Source: the human T2T-CHM13v2.0 reference genome, Homo sapiens. From it: a stretch of 64,000 nucleotides of DNA. The notes under the pieces were generated by a model. It ran no database searches. It worked only from the letters and a program-made list of their open reading frames with translations, and was not told the DNA's origin. Every line of letters begins with the position of its first letter. Positions within the stretch are counted from its first letter, which is position 1. The stretch lies in NCBI RefSeq assembly GCF_009914755.1, contig NC_060931.1. The stretch is one strand, 5' to 3'. The translations under genes were made by a program, and so were the position numbers. Positions 18,030 to 31,376 of this stretch are shown one piece after another.

Positions 18030-20470
18030 ACATAACTCAGTAGTCTTGGAACCAGATTGAGTTTCATGCCAAACAGGTGTTTCTCAAGGAGGAAGCAAGA
18101 CAGCCCACAGAAACCCTTGTAGCCAGCCAGAGCTCCAACAAGCCCTTGAGAGACCCTGAGACTCCCAGATCTTCAGGTTCTATGTGCAATAGATGGAAGC
18201 CAAATGGCAAGATACTAGGGAGATTGTCCCTCACCATTCTGCAGGAGAACAACTCGTCTGGCACCCTGACACCATGACAGGTAAAGCAAGAGAAGGGTAA
18301 GCAGTCTTCACTAAGTGAAAATGTTAGTGAACTAAAGGAAGGAGCCATTCTTGGAACTGGGCAACTTCTGAAAAGTGGAAGACAGCATGGGAGCAAGGCC
18401 AGGACAATGACAAGGAAAATCAGCACTTTCCCTTGGTGGAGTGCTAAGCCCTGCATGACCCCAGCAATGCAGTCACCTAGGGCCTGGTGGATCTGTGTTC
18501 TCTCAACCCTTCTTTCCCAGGGATATTGAGGAAGGGCTTGTTTTCTTAGACTCCTCCTCAACTACCAAACTGGGACTAAGAGCTTTATTGGGGAAAAAAA
18601 AATAGAATTTTAAAAACATTGTTAAAGAATTTTTTTTTAAATTCTTTGTTTAGCTTTTTGAGGGACTGCTGAACTGATTTTTACAGAGGCTGCACCATTT
18701 TACATTCTCACTAGCAATGTATGAGAGTTCCAGCTTCTCCACATCCTTGTCAACACTTGTGATTTTCTATGTTAGGTTTTTTGTTTGTATGTTTTTAAGC
18801 CATTCTTGTTAAGTGTGAAACGGTATCTCATTCTGGTTTTGATTTACATTTCCCCAGTGACTAGTGATGTTAAACATCTTTTTATGAACTTATTGGCCAT
18901 TTGTATATCTTTTGAGAAATGTCTTATTTATGTCTTTTGTCCATTTTTAAATTGAGTTTTCTGTCTTTTTGTTTAGTTTTAGTTGTCCATTATTTATTTT
19001 GAATATTAAACTCTTATTAGATATATGATTTGTAAATTTTTTTCCCATTCCGTAGTTGCCTTTTACTATCCTAATAATGTCTTTTGGTGCACAAAATTAA
19101 GATCTTTTATTTTCTTTGTCAGTCTAGCTAAAGGTTTGCCAATTTGAAAATTTCTTTTCTAAGAACAAGCTTTTTGTTTCATTGCTTCTTTTTATTATTT
19201 TTCAATTCTCTACTTCATTTATGTTCACTATAATCTTTATTATTTCCTTTCTTCTACTAGTGTTGGTTTTAGTTTGCTCTTCTTTTTCTAGTTCCTCAAG
19301 ATGTAAACTCAGGTTGTTAATTTTAGATCTTTTTTCTTTTCAATTGTGTTTACAGCTATAAATTTCCCCCTGAACACTCTCTTCCCTGCAATGATGCACT
19401 CTTGATTTTTAAAAGTTAATTTTTCACTGTGTGTTTGATTTTTGGGGAGTATCTTTGTTTTGTCTTCAACTATGCTAATTTTTTATTTCTGTGATGTCTA
19501 AGCTGCCAGTAGTCTCATCCTGTGTTTTTCATATCAGCCAGAATATTTATCTGTATTATTTTGATATGAATCATTTTTATGTGTTTGATATCTCTTCTCT
19601 ACTTTTTGAACATATAGAACATGATTATGATTACTGTTTTAATATCCTTATCTGTTAATTCTAGAATCTGGCAGCTTTATTGATTTTCTGATTTTTCTCC
19701 TCATTTTGGGTCATATTTACCCGCTTCTTCACATGTCTGACAATTTTTAATTGGGGATGTCCTTCATTGTAAATTTCATCTGATTGGATGTTGAGTATTT
19801 TTATGTTTTTATAAATATGAGTGTGCTTTCTTCTGGAATGCAGTTTGATCATTTCAGGTGTTGCTTTTAAGATGAGTTAGGTGAATCCAGATCAGTGCTC
19901 AATCTCAGGCTATGCATTTCCCACTATGTAGGCAAGATCTTCTTGAGTACCGTATTCAGTGTTCCATAAATTATATTCTTCAATGTACCTGGTGGTAACA
20001 TCTACCATTCTCAGAGCTATGTAAACACTGGACACTGCCCCTACTAATTCTTTCATATTCTTCTTTCTCCAGACTGATCAGTATTCAGCGGAACACTTGA
20101 GCTCAGGGAGGAGGATAGGGACTCTGTAAATGCCTGTGGTTCTCTCTGTTTTGCTGTCTCCTTTCTTCTTTCTGTTACCCTGCTCTGCAAATTCTAGCTG
20201 CTTGAATTTTCAGTTTGGCCTCCTCAGATCCCAGGGATGGCTTCTCATTCTGCCAGTTTCCCCCTTAGGTTGCAAAGTGGAAACTTTCACAAGGCAGTAA
20301 GTTGATCACAGGGCTCATCTCATTTGTCTTTCATCTGTCATTGATCACTGTCATTCTTTGCTTGATGCCCAATGTATTGAAAACTATTGTTATAGGGATT
20401 TGCCAGTTTTTAACTTTTTCGGGGAGTAGGGCAAATCTGGTCTGTCTTACTACGTCTTGGCCAGAACCAC
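16900..20470. mobile_element. Mosaic of old L1M/L1MA/L1MB fragments interrupted by the CDCA3 retrocopy
   Basis: L1MA-type 3' end at 17230-17460 (+); antisense L1M pieces at 17480-17980 and 18640-20470. Confidence 0.6.
18045..18610 (+). pseudogene. 5'-truncated processed pseudogene of CDCA3 (Tome-1)
   Basis: Translates as WNQIEF..KQVFLKEEARQPTETLVASQSSNKPLRDPETPRSSGSMCNRWKPN..ILQENNSSGTLT*..SENVSELKEGAILGTG..AWEQGQDNDKENQHFPLVEC*, which matches the CDCA3 C-terminus including the KEN box. It is intronless, has a premature TGA at 18275 and a 1-nt frameshift near 18384, stops at 18445-18447, and is followed by 3'UTR-like sequence. Confidence 0.88.
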
Positions 20471-21385
20471 AGGAATTTCATATGTAACAACAAGCCATAG
20501 GTATTCATGACCTTCTTTCATATTCTGTGGGCTGAGCAATTTGTCTCAGATGATATAATGTTAAGATGACCTAAATACAGATGCTGTAATCAAATTTTGT
20601 TTTTCTGATTTAGCAATCAATCAATGAGTCATTTGTCTGAACAGATATCAGTATCTAACATCTTAAAACATTTTAGTCATGTAATTCTTCCCCCTTCCCC
20701 ATCCCCATATCTGTCCCTTGGCATTCCTTCTTCTGCATCTCCATTCTATTCTAACTTAATAGTGATAGAAATTAGTTTGTGAAAATACATTTTCTCAAAG
20801 TTCAGGTAGAGTAAAATTTTATACGGATATAGTAATGAAAATATATTAAAGTTATATCTCTGCATGACAGTAAATAATAATTATTGAATGCTCACCATAA
20901 GTTAGAGATTTTTCTAAGCCTTTTACATATTTAAAATCATTGAATCCTCACAGAAACCATTTGATAAGTTAGTTTATAATCTCCAGCAAAGATATTGGGG
21001 TTCAGGGAGGTTAAGAAACTTACCCAAGGTCACAAAGACCACCACTACCCAATATTGCTGTATGGAGATTTTACCCCCAAAAAAGTGTATATGTTTATGT
21101 GTGGGGAGCTAATTAGCTAGGAAAAGCCCTAATGTAATATGCTTTATTTATTTTCAAATTACTGATTGCATAGAACAATGTTGGCCCAAACCTAATGCTA
21201 TTGTGAAAATGGACTTTTGTCTTATTCATTGTTTCCTTGGTAATCATCATATGTGTGGATCATAATAATCCTGGTTTAACTGTCAATAGTGGTAGTGAGT
21301 CTTCTTCCATCTTGTCATTCTAAAAGTCCTGAATTCATGATCTACCCTTCAGATCTGATCTTCCTTTTACGTTTCTCATTAATTT

Positions 21386-21836
21386 TGTTAAAGAAACATT
21401 ATTCTTTGACACTTATTAAAGATGGTAAAGAAGGTTCTACTAAGAAAGGGGATTATGGTGATGAGTGTAGGAACCACGTCAATAGGAGAAGAGAGATTGG
21501 GTCTGAATTCAACTCCAAGGAAAAGTGGAGATTTATAGCCAAGGAGCAGAGTGGGAGTCAATGGATGAAAAATTACTAGGAAGAAATATCAAGGGTTAGG
21601 GGGATTCTTGCTAGACAGACTCAACAGAATTCTTGTTGAAGACAACTCAAGGTGATAAGAATGGAGAGTGGTTGGATACTAAGGGTGGGAAATTTTCACT
21701 AAACTGACTTAGCAGGATTCTTGCTCAGACTGGATTCTATAAGAATAGAGAGGGAAGCTGAAGCTTGGGCCCAGTTGAGCAGAGGGCTCAGAAGAGCCTG
21801 ATTAAAATTTGGTCAAAGGAGAGAGAGTCTTTGTCA
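21386..21836 (-). mobile_element. ERV1 solo LTR (MER31-like)
   Basis: The minus strand begins TGACAAAGACTCTCTCTCCTTTGACC and ends ...TTTAACA. Confidence 0.7.
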
Positions 21837-21839
21837 ATA

Positions 21840-22800
21840 TGAAAGGCATCATTCCCTCACCCAAACCTGAAACTTAGGAGATTTCTGTGGTTCTCCCCCT
21901 CCCTCACCCCTCCACAGAGTAAGTCCGCAAGTCCCCTTGATGCTAAACCCCAAATATCTCTCGAGTCAGTCTCTTTTGCTCCTTACTCACAGTCTCTGCC
22001 TTAGTTTAGGCCCTTGGCCCAGCTCCTCTGGGTTGCACCAACAGGCCCATATCTCCTTATCTCTTGTTTCACTTCCCACCCACATTTACTACAATTGCCA
22101 CAGTGATGCCACAGTGGTTTTTCTAGACTTGAAACCTTTTCCTGTCATTCATCTATCATAAGTCTTCCCACTTAAAACTTTGGGAAGCTTCATACTGTTT
22201 TTGTATAAGGCCCAAATTTATTATCAGGCTTATTGCACTCCCTATGCTGCAGCCAAGCTTGCCTTTCCAGGCTTGTCATGCCCTCACATGAATTCCTCAC
22301 ATCAGGTAAAGCATCAAATCCACAGGCACCTCCATACATCTGGCTCTCCCATCCCTGTGACTACACTTACTTCCTGCTGCACCTTGAAGTCCCTTCCCCC
22401 AAAATCCCTTTATCTCCATCTTCCTCCCTCTATGCTCCATGCTCAGCTCCACCTTATTGTGTTCTAGTCTTACCTCTAGTCCTTTATGGACAGTGGCGGG
22501 AGTGATTAATTACTCCTATGCATCTGTTGCAAGAACTCATATGCCAGGATTTCAGGATGCTCCTTTTCTATCTCCAGACTGATTATGAGACTCCTCTTAA
22601 CCAACTCCCCTGTCATCTTACCTGTGCCTCTATTGCAGTGACTGTCATTTGGCAAGCTATGACATAGTACCAGACAGGGAAATCATAAAGAGAGAAAACT
22701 AAATTATACTTCTCTCTGTGTCCTCATGCTCTAGAATAATGCCTTGCTGTTCAATAAATATTTGCCAGGGAATAAATGAATGAAGAAATAAGCTGAGCAA
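21840..22800 (+). mobile_element. L2 3' fragments
   Basis: Pyrimidine-rich L2-like body ending in a ...AATAAATATTTG...AATGAATGAA tail. Confidence 0.55.
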
Positions 22801-24226
22801 TTTCCTAACATTTTTCCCTTTAGAAAACAGAAAAAAAGGTTGAAATCTGAACTCATACCTGAACCAATCCCAGTTGACCATTTTCTACTAGTGACATTAG
22901 TGTTGCCATTGAAATAGTATAAACATAAAATGAAAGTTTGATAAAGTCACCTCTGATAAAAATACATAATATATAACATGTATAACATCACAGAATATAT
23001 ATTATATACATGTGTATTATAAGAGCTGTCTTTTTTATCTTATATATGTATATACATATCTTACATATACATGTATGTGTGTATATACATGTGTGTGTAT
23101 ATCTATCTATAGATACACACATGCACACATATATACGATAAGAAAGGAGCTTAACAGGCAGTGATATGTAGATTTCTCTCCAATGAAGCCTGAAATTATT
23201 TTGCGTGAACAACTACAAATGAGATGTGTTACTTTTACTGCGGACTGTTTACATGAGCATAAACTGGATGCTTTAATCCTTTGTTATTTTTTCTTGCATT
23301 TCATACAAATTTTTAAATAGTTGTGATTACAGATTGACTGGATAAAGTCACGGCCAATGGATATGGATTTTTAAAATGGTAACATTTTTGCACCACAGGG
23401 ATCCTCAAAGATGCTTGTAATAGAAATAATTTGCATAAAGACGCTAGAAAAGTTATTGAAAATATAAGCTATTTAAATACATAAAATGGAGAAAAACAAT
23501 ATATGGAAAGGCTGTATTTTTTCTTTCGGTCATGCTAGAGGAAGCGCCCCTCCTCTCATCTGACGTATTTTCTTCACCTGCACCTCCCATCTTCTATTTC
23601 TTCAACTTCTACTCTCCTGACTGTTAAAAATCAGCATTTAAATATAGTATTATAGTCAAACTTCTTCCTCCTTGTTTAAAAAAGAAAAACGAGCCCTCCA
23701 GCACTCACATTTTTTGGGCAACTGTCTCTTCTCTGTTTCCATTTCTTCACCCTTACGCTTCTGGAAATAGTTGCTGATTCTGTCTCCACCTCCTGTCTTT
23801 ATAGTCTCTCAAGGGACTTTCCCAGACCACGCTACTGAAGACACTCTTATGATCACCACTGGCATCTTTGTTGCTCAGTCCACGTGAGTGACATTTTATT
23901 TGGCCAGATCTTGTTTTATTTGGCCACTCTGTAACACTTGGCAATAGTATTGCTGCCTCAGCAGCATCTCATTCTTTGATTTTTATGACATCACTTCTTG
24001 GTTCTTCTCCTGCCTTTTTGGCTGTTCCTCCTCATTTTCCTTCATCAGCTTTACTTTCATGACCTGTTCCTGAAAGTTGATGTTCCTAGCGTATCCTCCT
24101 GGACCCTCACTTTCTCAAACTACACAAATTTCTTGGCCATCTCCTCTGCTTCTATTCCCCTAATGTGCTGATTATCAACACATCTATATCTCCAGCCCAG
24201 GTATTTCCTAAGTATCTTTCATATCC

Positions 24227-25370
24227 AGTAGTCTCCAATGTGTTGTGTACGCCTTGCCTGGGGTGTGCAATATAAACCTATGAGGCTACACAAAGAAAAA
24301 TACATGTATATTTTTGTTGATTTTCTTATCTGAAATATGAGAAAAGATAGTGCTAATTTATTAATGGTTATCATATGCATCATCAGTAGTGTCCTCAATG
24401 GCTTTTCGTCCTCCTGTTTCCAGTTCGCACGGACACACTTTGTCTCTGGTTTTTCAACCACCACACATATGCAAAGGTACCAGGAAGCTCAAGGTTTGTT
24501 GAGTGTCTCCTACAAGGAGCTGGTCACATAGGAACATCCCAGCTATTGGTCAGCCTTGACCATTAAGCCCCCTCTCCCTCCTTATCCCTGGGCTCCAGCA
24601 AAACCAGGTGGTATAGGTCTAAATCCAGTTATTATTCCTGAGCAATGCTGATAAACTGGTATGTCCACTCCAAAACAACTCGCAAACCAATGGTTACAGA
24701 ATATTATTTACTGGTTATCTCATGGCAAAGTTCATTTTTATTTTGTAAAAATAAAATGTTTTAAATTTGAGGACACGTGGCTGTCTAAATTTTGCTATCT
24801 AAGAGGTATATTTGAAAAAATTATCATCATTATCTATTCCCCCAAGATTAAAGTGATGTTTTGAAACAGTGAAAAAATTACTGCTTTTTGAAATAACTCA
24901 TGGTGAGGAGGTGGAAATGTATGAAAACCAATATTTGAAATTTTTCTATAATTAACATGGCTTAATAGTGAAAATGAGCATGACTTATAAACCCGCTCAC
25001 AATTACACCCTTAAAATACCTTAGCATCACAAATTTTCTATTGTGTTAAAAAATTTCCCCAAAAGTTACATTTTTAAGTCATTTGTCAAATGCAAACCCC
25101 TCCCATTTATTTGGTAGAAAAAGCAATTTAGATTTTTTAGGATGTTGAAAAGTTACAGAGTAATTGTAACAAAAGTCTTTTCATAATTTTTGGAAGATAC
25201 TGAAAGATAAATATCTTTTGTTTTAAATGGCATTTTCTTGTGAGAAAGTATTTTCAGCATTGAAATAAATTTAAAACTTAGAAGCAGGCATTTGAATCAC
25301 TCCATCACACAATATTAAATCAAGATTTCAAAAACAATGAAATCATATTTCAATTACATTTCTCACTAAA
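24227..25370 (+). mobile_element. hAT-Charlie (Buster-type) DNA transposon fossil inside an L2
   Basis: CAGTAGTCTCCAA terminus. ORF 24661-24864 reads WLSHGKV...FEDTWLSKFCYLRGIFEK, resembling the hAT RWLSxGKVL and WLxxLxYLxDIF motifs. A hATC-like CExxFS remnant lies near 25235. Confidence 0.7.
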
Positions 25371-25546
25371 TATTAATAACATTAATATTTGTTTAAGCAT
25401 TTAAATATTAATAACATTAATATTTGGAGAAAGCCATGAAGTTCTGAACTAGTACGTAATAAATAAGACGCAACAAGTAAAAAATAGCATATATTTATAT
25501 ATTTAATCAGATCATAATCTGAGTTAACGTTTTTGTTGTTTTTTAA

Positions 25547-25698
25547 CTTTTTTTTTTTTTTTTTTTTTTGGTAGAATCAGGGTCTCACTATTTTTCCCAG
25601 GCTGGTCTTAAACTCCTGGCTCCTGGGCTCAAGTGACCCACCCACCTCAGCCTACCCAAAGTGCTGGGATTACAAGCGTGTGCTACCACACTCGACCC
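25547..25698 (-). mobile_element. Alu monomer (FLAM/AluJ-like)
   Basis: T-tail followed by an antisense Alu left arm. Confidence 0.8.
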
Positions 25699-27899
25699 AT
25701 TTTTGGTTTTGTTTAAGCATTATAACATGCAGAAGTGATGAGTAATAGGAAAAATATTTAATCTATTAAGACATAAAGATATCTAATTTGATGTGCAGGT
25801 TTAAATAGTTTTACTGGTGTAAATGTGTTGTCAGGTACCTCCTAATCCTCTTGTGGATCCATATACTTTCTTCTGTTTTTCCTTCAGTCTTGCAGCAGAC
25901 CACCCATCTCACTTTGATTCCCCCAGTTTTTCTGTTTTTCCATCCTGTCCTCTCTCCTTCAACCCATTCTCCAGTCCCAGTCAGAGTAGGGTTTCTAAAA
26001 TGTAAAAATGAGCAGTCACTTTGCTCAGTAGAAGGCTGCGGTGGTTTTGCTTGCCCTCAGGCTGTATACCCAGTTCTTCATACCTCTCCCAGGCTCCTCC
26101 AGATCTGCCTCCTGCTGACCTTGTACCCAGCTGCAGCGACACCGAGCTCCTCACAGCTTCCCAAAGTGGGCTGGCCCCTCTCACGACAGGGTCATCGCAC
26201 AGGCTCCCTCTGTGGGGGAACACAACGGGAGTCATTTCAACACCACTTTCTTCAGGAAGCCTATTCTGATCCTTGGTACTCCAAGCAGCTGTTGTCAATG
26301 CCTACCCCAGGTGATACCATGCCATACTGATTTTATTTTCCTGGATACTTAATCACAGGTAAAGTCACTGAGGCCACACAACCCTGAGGAGAAAATGCTT
26401 GAGCAGGCAGGATTTTGATGATATTTTGTGGATGATACTCCATTCTCAAACTGCCTACATTCACACTTCTTTTCACCGAGAGAAAATTAAGCCACTATGC
26501 TTTTAAACCATTCTTACTTGGGTTTTGTGTAACATGCAGCAACATGGAATTATTACGGATACAATTGGTTCTGACTTGTATGGATACACTTATAGAAAAA
26601 CGTGTGAGGATATATTGAACAGCAAAGTACTGATTTTTTTCTTATTTTGATTTGTCTCTGATGAACACATATTTCTTTATGTAAATGTATTAGAAGGAAT
26701 TAATAAGAATATGTTGAGGAACAAATAAATTGCCAAATCCCAGTGGCGTAGCACACTGATGGTTGATTTGTCCGTCACACAAAGGCCCATGCAGGTTAAC
26801 TAGGGCTAGCTCGAGCCAGTGACTCAAAGATCCAGGCTCCTTCTGTCTTGTGATTATTAAGGGTAGTAAAGAAAAGAGAATGTGGCGGTGGCAGACCCCC
26901 TGCTAGAAACTGAAGGTGCCATTTCTAGTCACAGGCCACTGGCTAGACTACATCACATGACCTTGCCTGTCAGGAACTAGCATTGCAGACTTACCAGCAT
27001 GACCGAGAAGGAAATGAGAGCATATGTAGGGAAGCACGCATTGTCTCTACCAAAATGAAAATGGAAGTTTAAAAATGCAAGTACTCATGGGAAAGGTAAC
27101 ACACTGCACATCTTAGCCACTGTCTTCCCTGACTGCAATGGCAGAGGGTAGAAGGGGAGGGAAGAGGTGCGCATATATGGAGGCGCATGTAGATTCTTTA
27201 CAATTTGTCTCAGGTGAGGAAGGGTTAATGTGTGTGCTCAGATGTGCCAGTGAGTAAAGAAAAGAGTATGTTTTCAAGCTTCGCACCAAATGTGAAAGTC
27301 ACTTGTTTCTTTTTTCCCTTTTAATTCTAAATCTGAGAAAAAGCAGTGCTCCGCTTTGAATTTCAAATGTCTTCAACATTGAAGTCTGTTAATCAGGCTA
27401 TTTTCTTATCAGCTCTGAGTCTCAAATGCTGCATCTATAAGAAGAGAAGTCCTTTCCAGTTCTAAGAGCAGTGACTGTGTGTGGCTTCAGGAATGATAAT
27501 TACACATTCCAAAATGCATCCTGGATTAATTTCTTAATTCACATCTACCAGAGATGTGAGTACCCAATGCTTAAAGAACTATGGTTCCATGACTAACAAG
27601 AAGTGATTCACTGAGCCCAACAAGCAATCTAATCTAATTGCCTCTAAGTGTTGTTTAGTAGGGGTAACTTTGGCTATTTTAATGAAATGTGAATTTTTAG
27701 AAATTATAGACAACAAAACAAATGTGTGTTCAGCAATTCCTGCCTACAGGAGTTCACACTCACTTAAGGAAGGCAAGGCACGTGCAGTTGAAACAACTAG
27801 CGAAAAAACAATTCTAAATAAACTAGCGTTGTATACCGATATAATTAAGTGCTAAAGTGTGCAGTTCAATCAGATAATATAAGATTTGGAAAAGAAAGG

Positions 27900-28513
27900 T
27901 GATAAAGTATGCCCCCAGACAAAATGGACTCCCTGTGGCTAACTGAGGAGCTCAAAGTTAAAACAGAACTAGGTGTCCATAGCTGGGTGACAGAATGGTC
28001 ACATGTTCTGCGCTCTCAGAAAGATGTTGTAAAAGTATCAAAGGACCTCCCATTCTACAATCAAGCTGAACCAGCTCCTGTTCTGTTGTTGGGCTACAAG
28101 ATAAACTGCTGCAAAAAGCACAGCACCTGCCCACACCTCCCAGTGCCGCAAGCCCCAGGCCCCATTGGCCATTTGAAAGAAACATCTGACAGGGACTGCT
28201 GGTTTGGGGCTTGGGAAGCAACCAGAGATCACCTCCCCTAGCCAATTAAGGCTCAGCTGTTTGGGCCAATCAGAACTCAGCTCTGTCAGCCAGTCAAAAC
28301 CAAACAAGACTCAACCCTTTGTTTGCATAAATAGACCTGGTTGGGAACCTGGGTGGGGACTTTTCCTATAAAACCCCAGGCATGCCATCCCTTCATTCTG
28401 TGGAATGGACCTTCATTTTACACAGCGGCCTGCATGTCTGCCTGATTTGCAAACAGTTCTCTGGAATAAAATCTCTTTCCTCCAGATTCTTTTTCAGAGA
28501 GCTTTTGTTCACA
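27900..28513 (+). mobile_element. ERV1-class solo LTR
   Basis: TG...CA ends, 4-bp TSD AAGG (27896-27899, 28514-28517), CCAAT boxes, TATAAAA at 28367 and AATAAA at 28465. Confidence 0.85.
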
Positions 28514-30561
28514 AAGGGGATAAAAAGATTAAGCTAAGATGAAAATCAGAAAAAAAAAAATAGAATCACTGCAATAATAAGGCTCATTATTTCCAAGATT
28601 TTTATGTATCCTGGTCTGAGTATGTCCGTCCTTAAAGCATATGAACTGAAAAGAATAGGAATTGGATTTATGGGTTTTGATCCATTTAAAATATCAGTAT
28701 TACAAAGTTTTCTAGTGAAGTTAAACGAATGCCCACAAGTAATTTTTTTACAGAAACCCAGTTGAGAAGGGCTGCAAGAATTAAGAGTATTTTGAAAATA
28801 TACCAGAGTAAGCAAAAATTGCAACATATGATGGTTAAAAAAAAAAGCTCAGTAGTATATCATATTAAAGATTTATATATTAAATATAACAGAATTTAGA
28901 AATTATTTATGTGTATGGGACACTGTTTTTATCATTTTTTCACGTAGAGTTGTCACCATCATTCATTGTGAAGAACAGTATATTTAATATTCATAGGAAC
29001 ATAGTATAAACATTCTTCTATGTAATATTAAATTCACAACAAATGGAGTATTTCTTGGGTTACATGGGAAAAAAAATAGCAGAATCTTGCTGAGCCTCCC
29101 CAGACAGATTCTATCACCAGGACAGCTCTTTAAGTTCCCAGATGCGGGTGCCTCCCTTCCTTGGCAGAATGCCTGGTGGACTTGGCAGCTGCCTTCTCAG
29201 CCCTTATCACAGCTGAGGCTTCCTGGGGAGTCACGCTTCTCCTCTTCCACCCACTGTGGGCGTGGGGTGCCACCCCACGGCTTCTCCTGGTAGCTCTGAT
29301 GCTGCCACTGCAGTGACCCTGGCACCATCTGGTCCCTGGATGTACTTGCTGACACTGCCATCATCATCACCTGCACCTCTGCCCCAAGACAAGGTTGAGG
29401 ATATTTTTCCCAGACCAGTTTCCCCAGTTGGGGATGTTTGTCCTAGGCCTAGATGCCATTCTAGAATCAGGAACTTAATCAAATCATAGATCTTCACTTG
29501 AAGAAAGCATAATGTCGATGGCCATGAACCAGCAATTTTTCTTCCTTTCTCTCATCTCCCTACTCCTTTTTAGGGCTATTCTGCCCAGCCTCATTTCCCC
29601 GTTCTGGATGGCAGATCCATCTTCTAGAAATAACTTTCAAGATGGAACTATAATCCAGGTCTTTGGTTGTAATCGAGGTCTTCTGGGAGTTCCGTTTTGG
29701 GATCCAGACTTATATCAAATCCTACATTTGCTTCTGGGGAAAGTTAAAATTTTGATATACAAGAGAATTAAAAAAATACTGTGCCATCAGAGATTAAAAT
29801 GCTAATGGAAAGTAATTCAGGAGAGAAGAAAAATTGATTATGCTAATAAAAATAATATCAATTTGGTTGAAAATGCAAAATACAGTTTAGGTCCTCAGGG
29901 GCCATGGTAGAGAGTGTGGTAGGATTAATGAGAGAAGGAGTGGGGTAGTCCCTGCTTTGTGCGGGGTCTAGTCTTGAGGGGTTATTCTTGCTGTTCACGG
30001 TTGACGTGTGACGACACCTCCATACTTGTGTTGGAATCCTAGGGATTTCTGGGCATCGGCTCCCACTTCTAAAGACAGGGACTCTCCTGTGTCGGAGCTT
30101 TTGGGGTTCTGCTGAGAAAGGGGGAGGCTGAGTAGCACGAACTATCATGATTGATTAGTAACGTCTGCTACAAAAGTGGGAGGGTGGGGGACGGCTCATA
30201 TGGCACATATTTATCACCTTACCCCATAACATGCTTTCTGGCTGTATTGTCAGGCTGCTAGGAAATGCTTTCCACTCGGAACTGAGACCTAAAACTGGAA
30301 ACTAGGCTGCAGGACCACCTGGGTACGTGTGAATTACAGAGGTTCATGCATTTCCAAATGGGGGTGTCATTTTAGAACTGGGGCGTAAGATGATGAGCAA
30401 CAGAAAAGACAACGCCGAGCCCCCGGATATGAGCTCAGAACTCTTTACATGTTTGATGCTCCAAATGGTCTAGGGCAGGGGGGCTTCAGAGCCTTGGCAG
30501 CAGAACGTGGTCGCGTAGATGTTTATCTGATTTTCTGTTGCGCTGCTGCTCAACCGCCACT

Positions 30562-30590
30562 ACGGAAGTGCACACTGCCACCTTATGGAC
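30562..30590 (-). promoter_or_regulatory. Candidate CTCF site with adjacent ETS motif
   Basis: Minus strand GTCCATAAGGTGGCAGTGT resembles the CTCF core; ACGGAAGTG (ETS/GABPA) at 30562-30570; CpG-retaining unique sequence. Confidence 0.5.
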
Positions 30591-31033
30591 GTCTTGAGAA
30601 GTTACACTTACACGTTATTAATTATATTAAATAAAATTCAAATGTAATAAATAATGTCAGGGGTAGTTTTTATAAACATTTGCAATGAAAATTCATATGA
30701 GGCCTTCAGATAGAATATATTCAAATGAAGAGTTGATTTCGATTTCACTGATGAAATTAAATAACAGGATTAAGATGAAATTCTCAGCTATTTTAGCATT
30801 TTAGTGTTTTTCTGCTACTGAGTTGTGGGAATTCCTTATATGTTTTGGCTTGTCATAAATATGGTTGACAAATATTTTATCTGATTTTATACGTTTTTTC
30901 ACTCTATTGATTATTTCCTTGGTTGTACAGAAACTTTTTAATTTTATGTAGTCCCACTTGTCTATTTTTTACTTTTGTTGACTGTGCTTTTGGTGTTGTA
31001 TTCAAGAAATCACTGCCAAGATCATTATCATGA

Positions 31034-31376
<343 letters not shown>

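Noticed and set aside
18064-18561. 165-aa minus-strand ORF
   Set aside because: It is the antisense shadow of the CDCA3 retrocopy and has no recognisable domain.
23035-23136. (TA)/(TG)/(CA) alternating microsatellite
   Set aside because: Ordinary degenerate simple repeat.
25367-25426. 25-bp near-tandem duplication TAAATATTAATAACATTAATATTTG
   Set aside because: A low-complexity AT-rich slippage product with only two copies; not an array.
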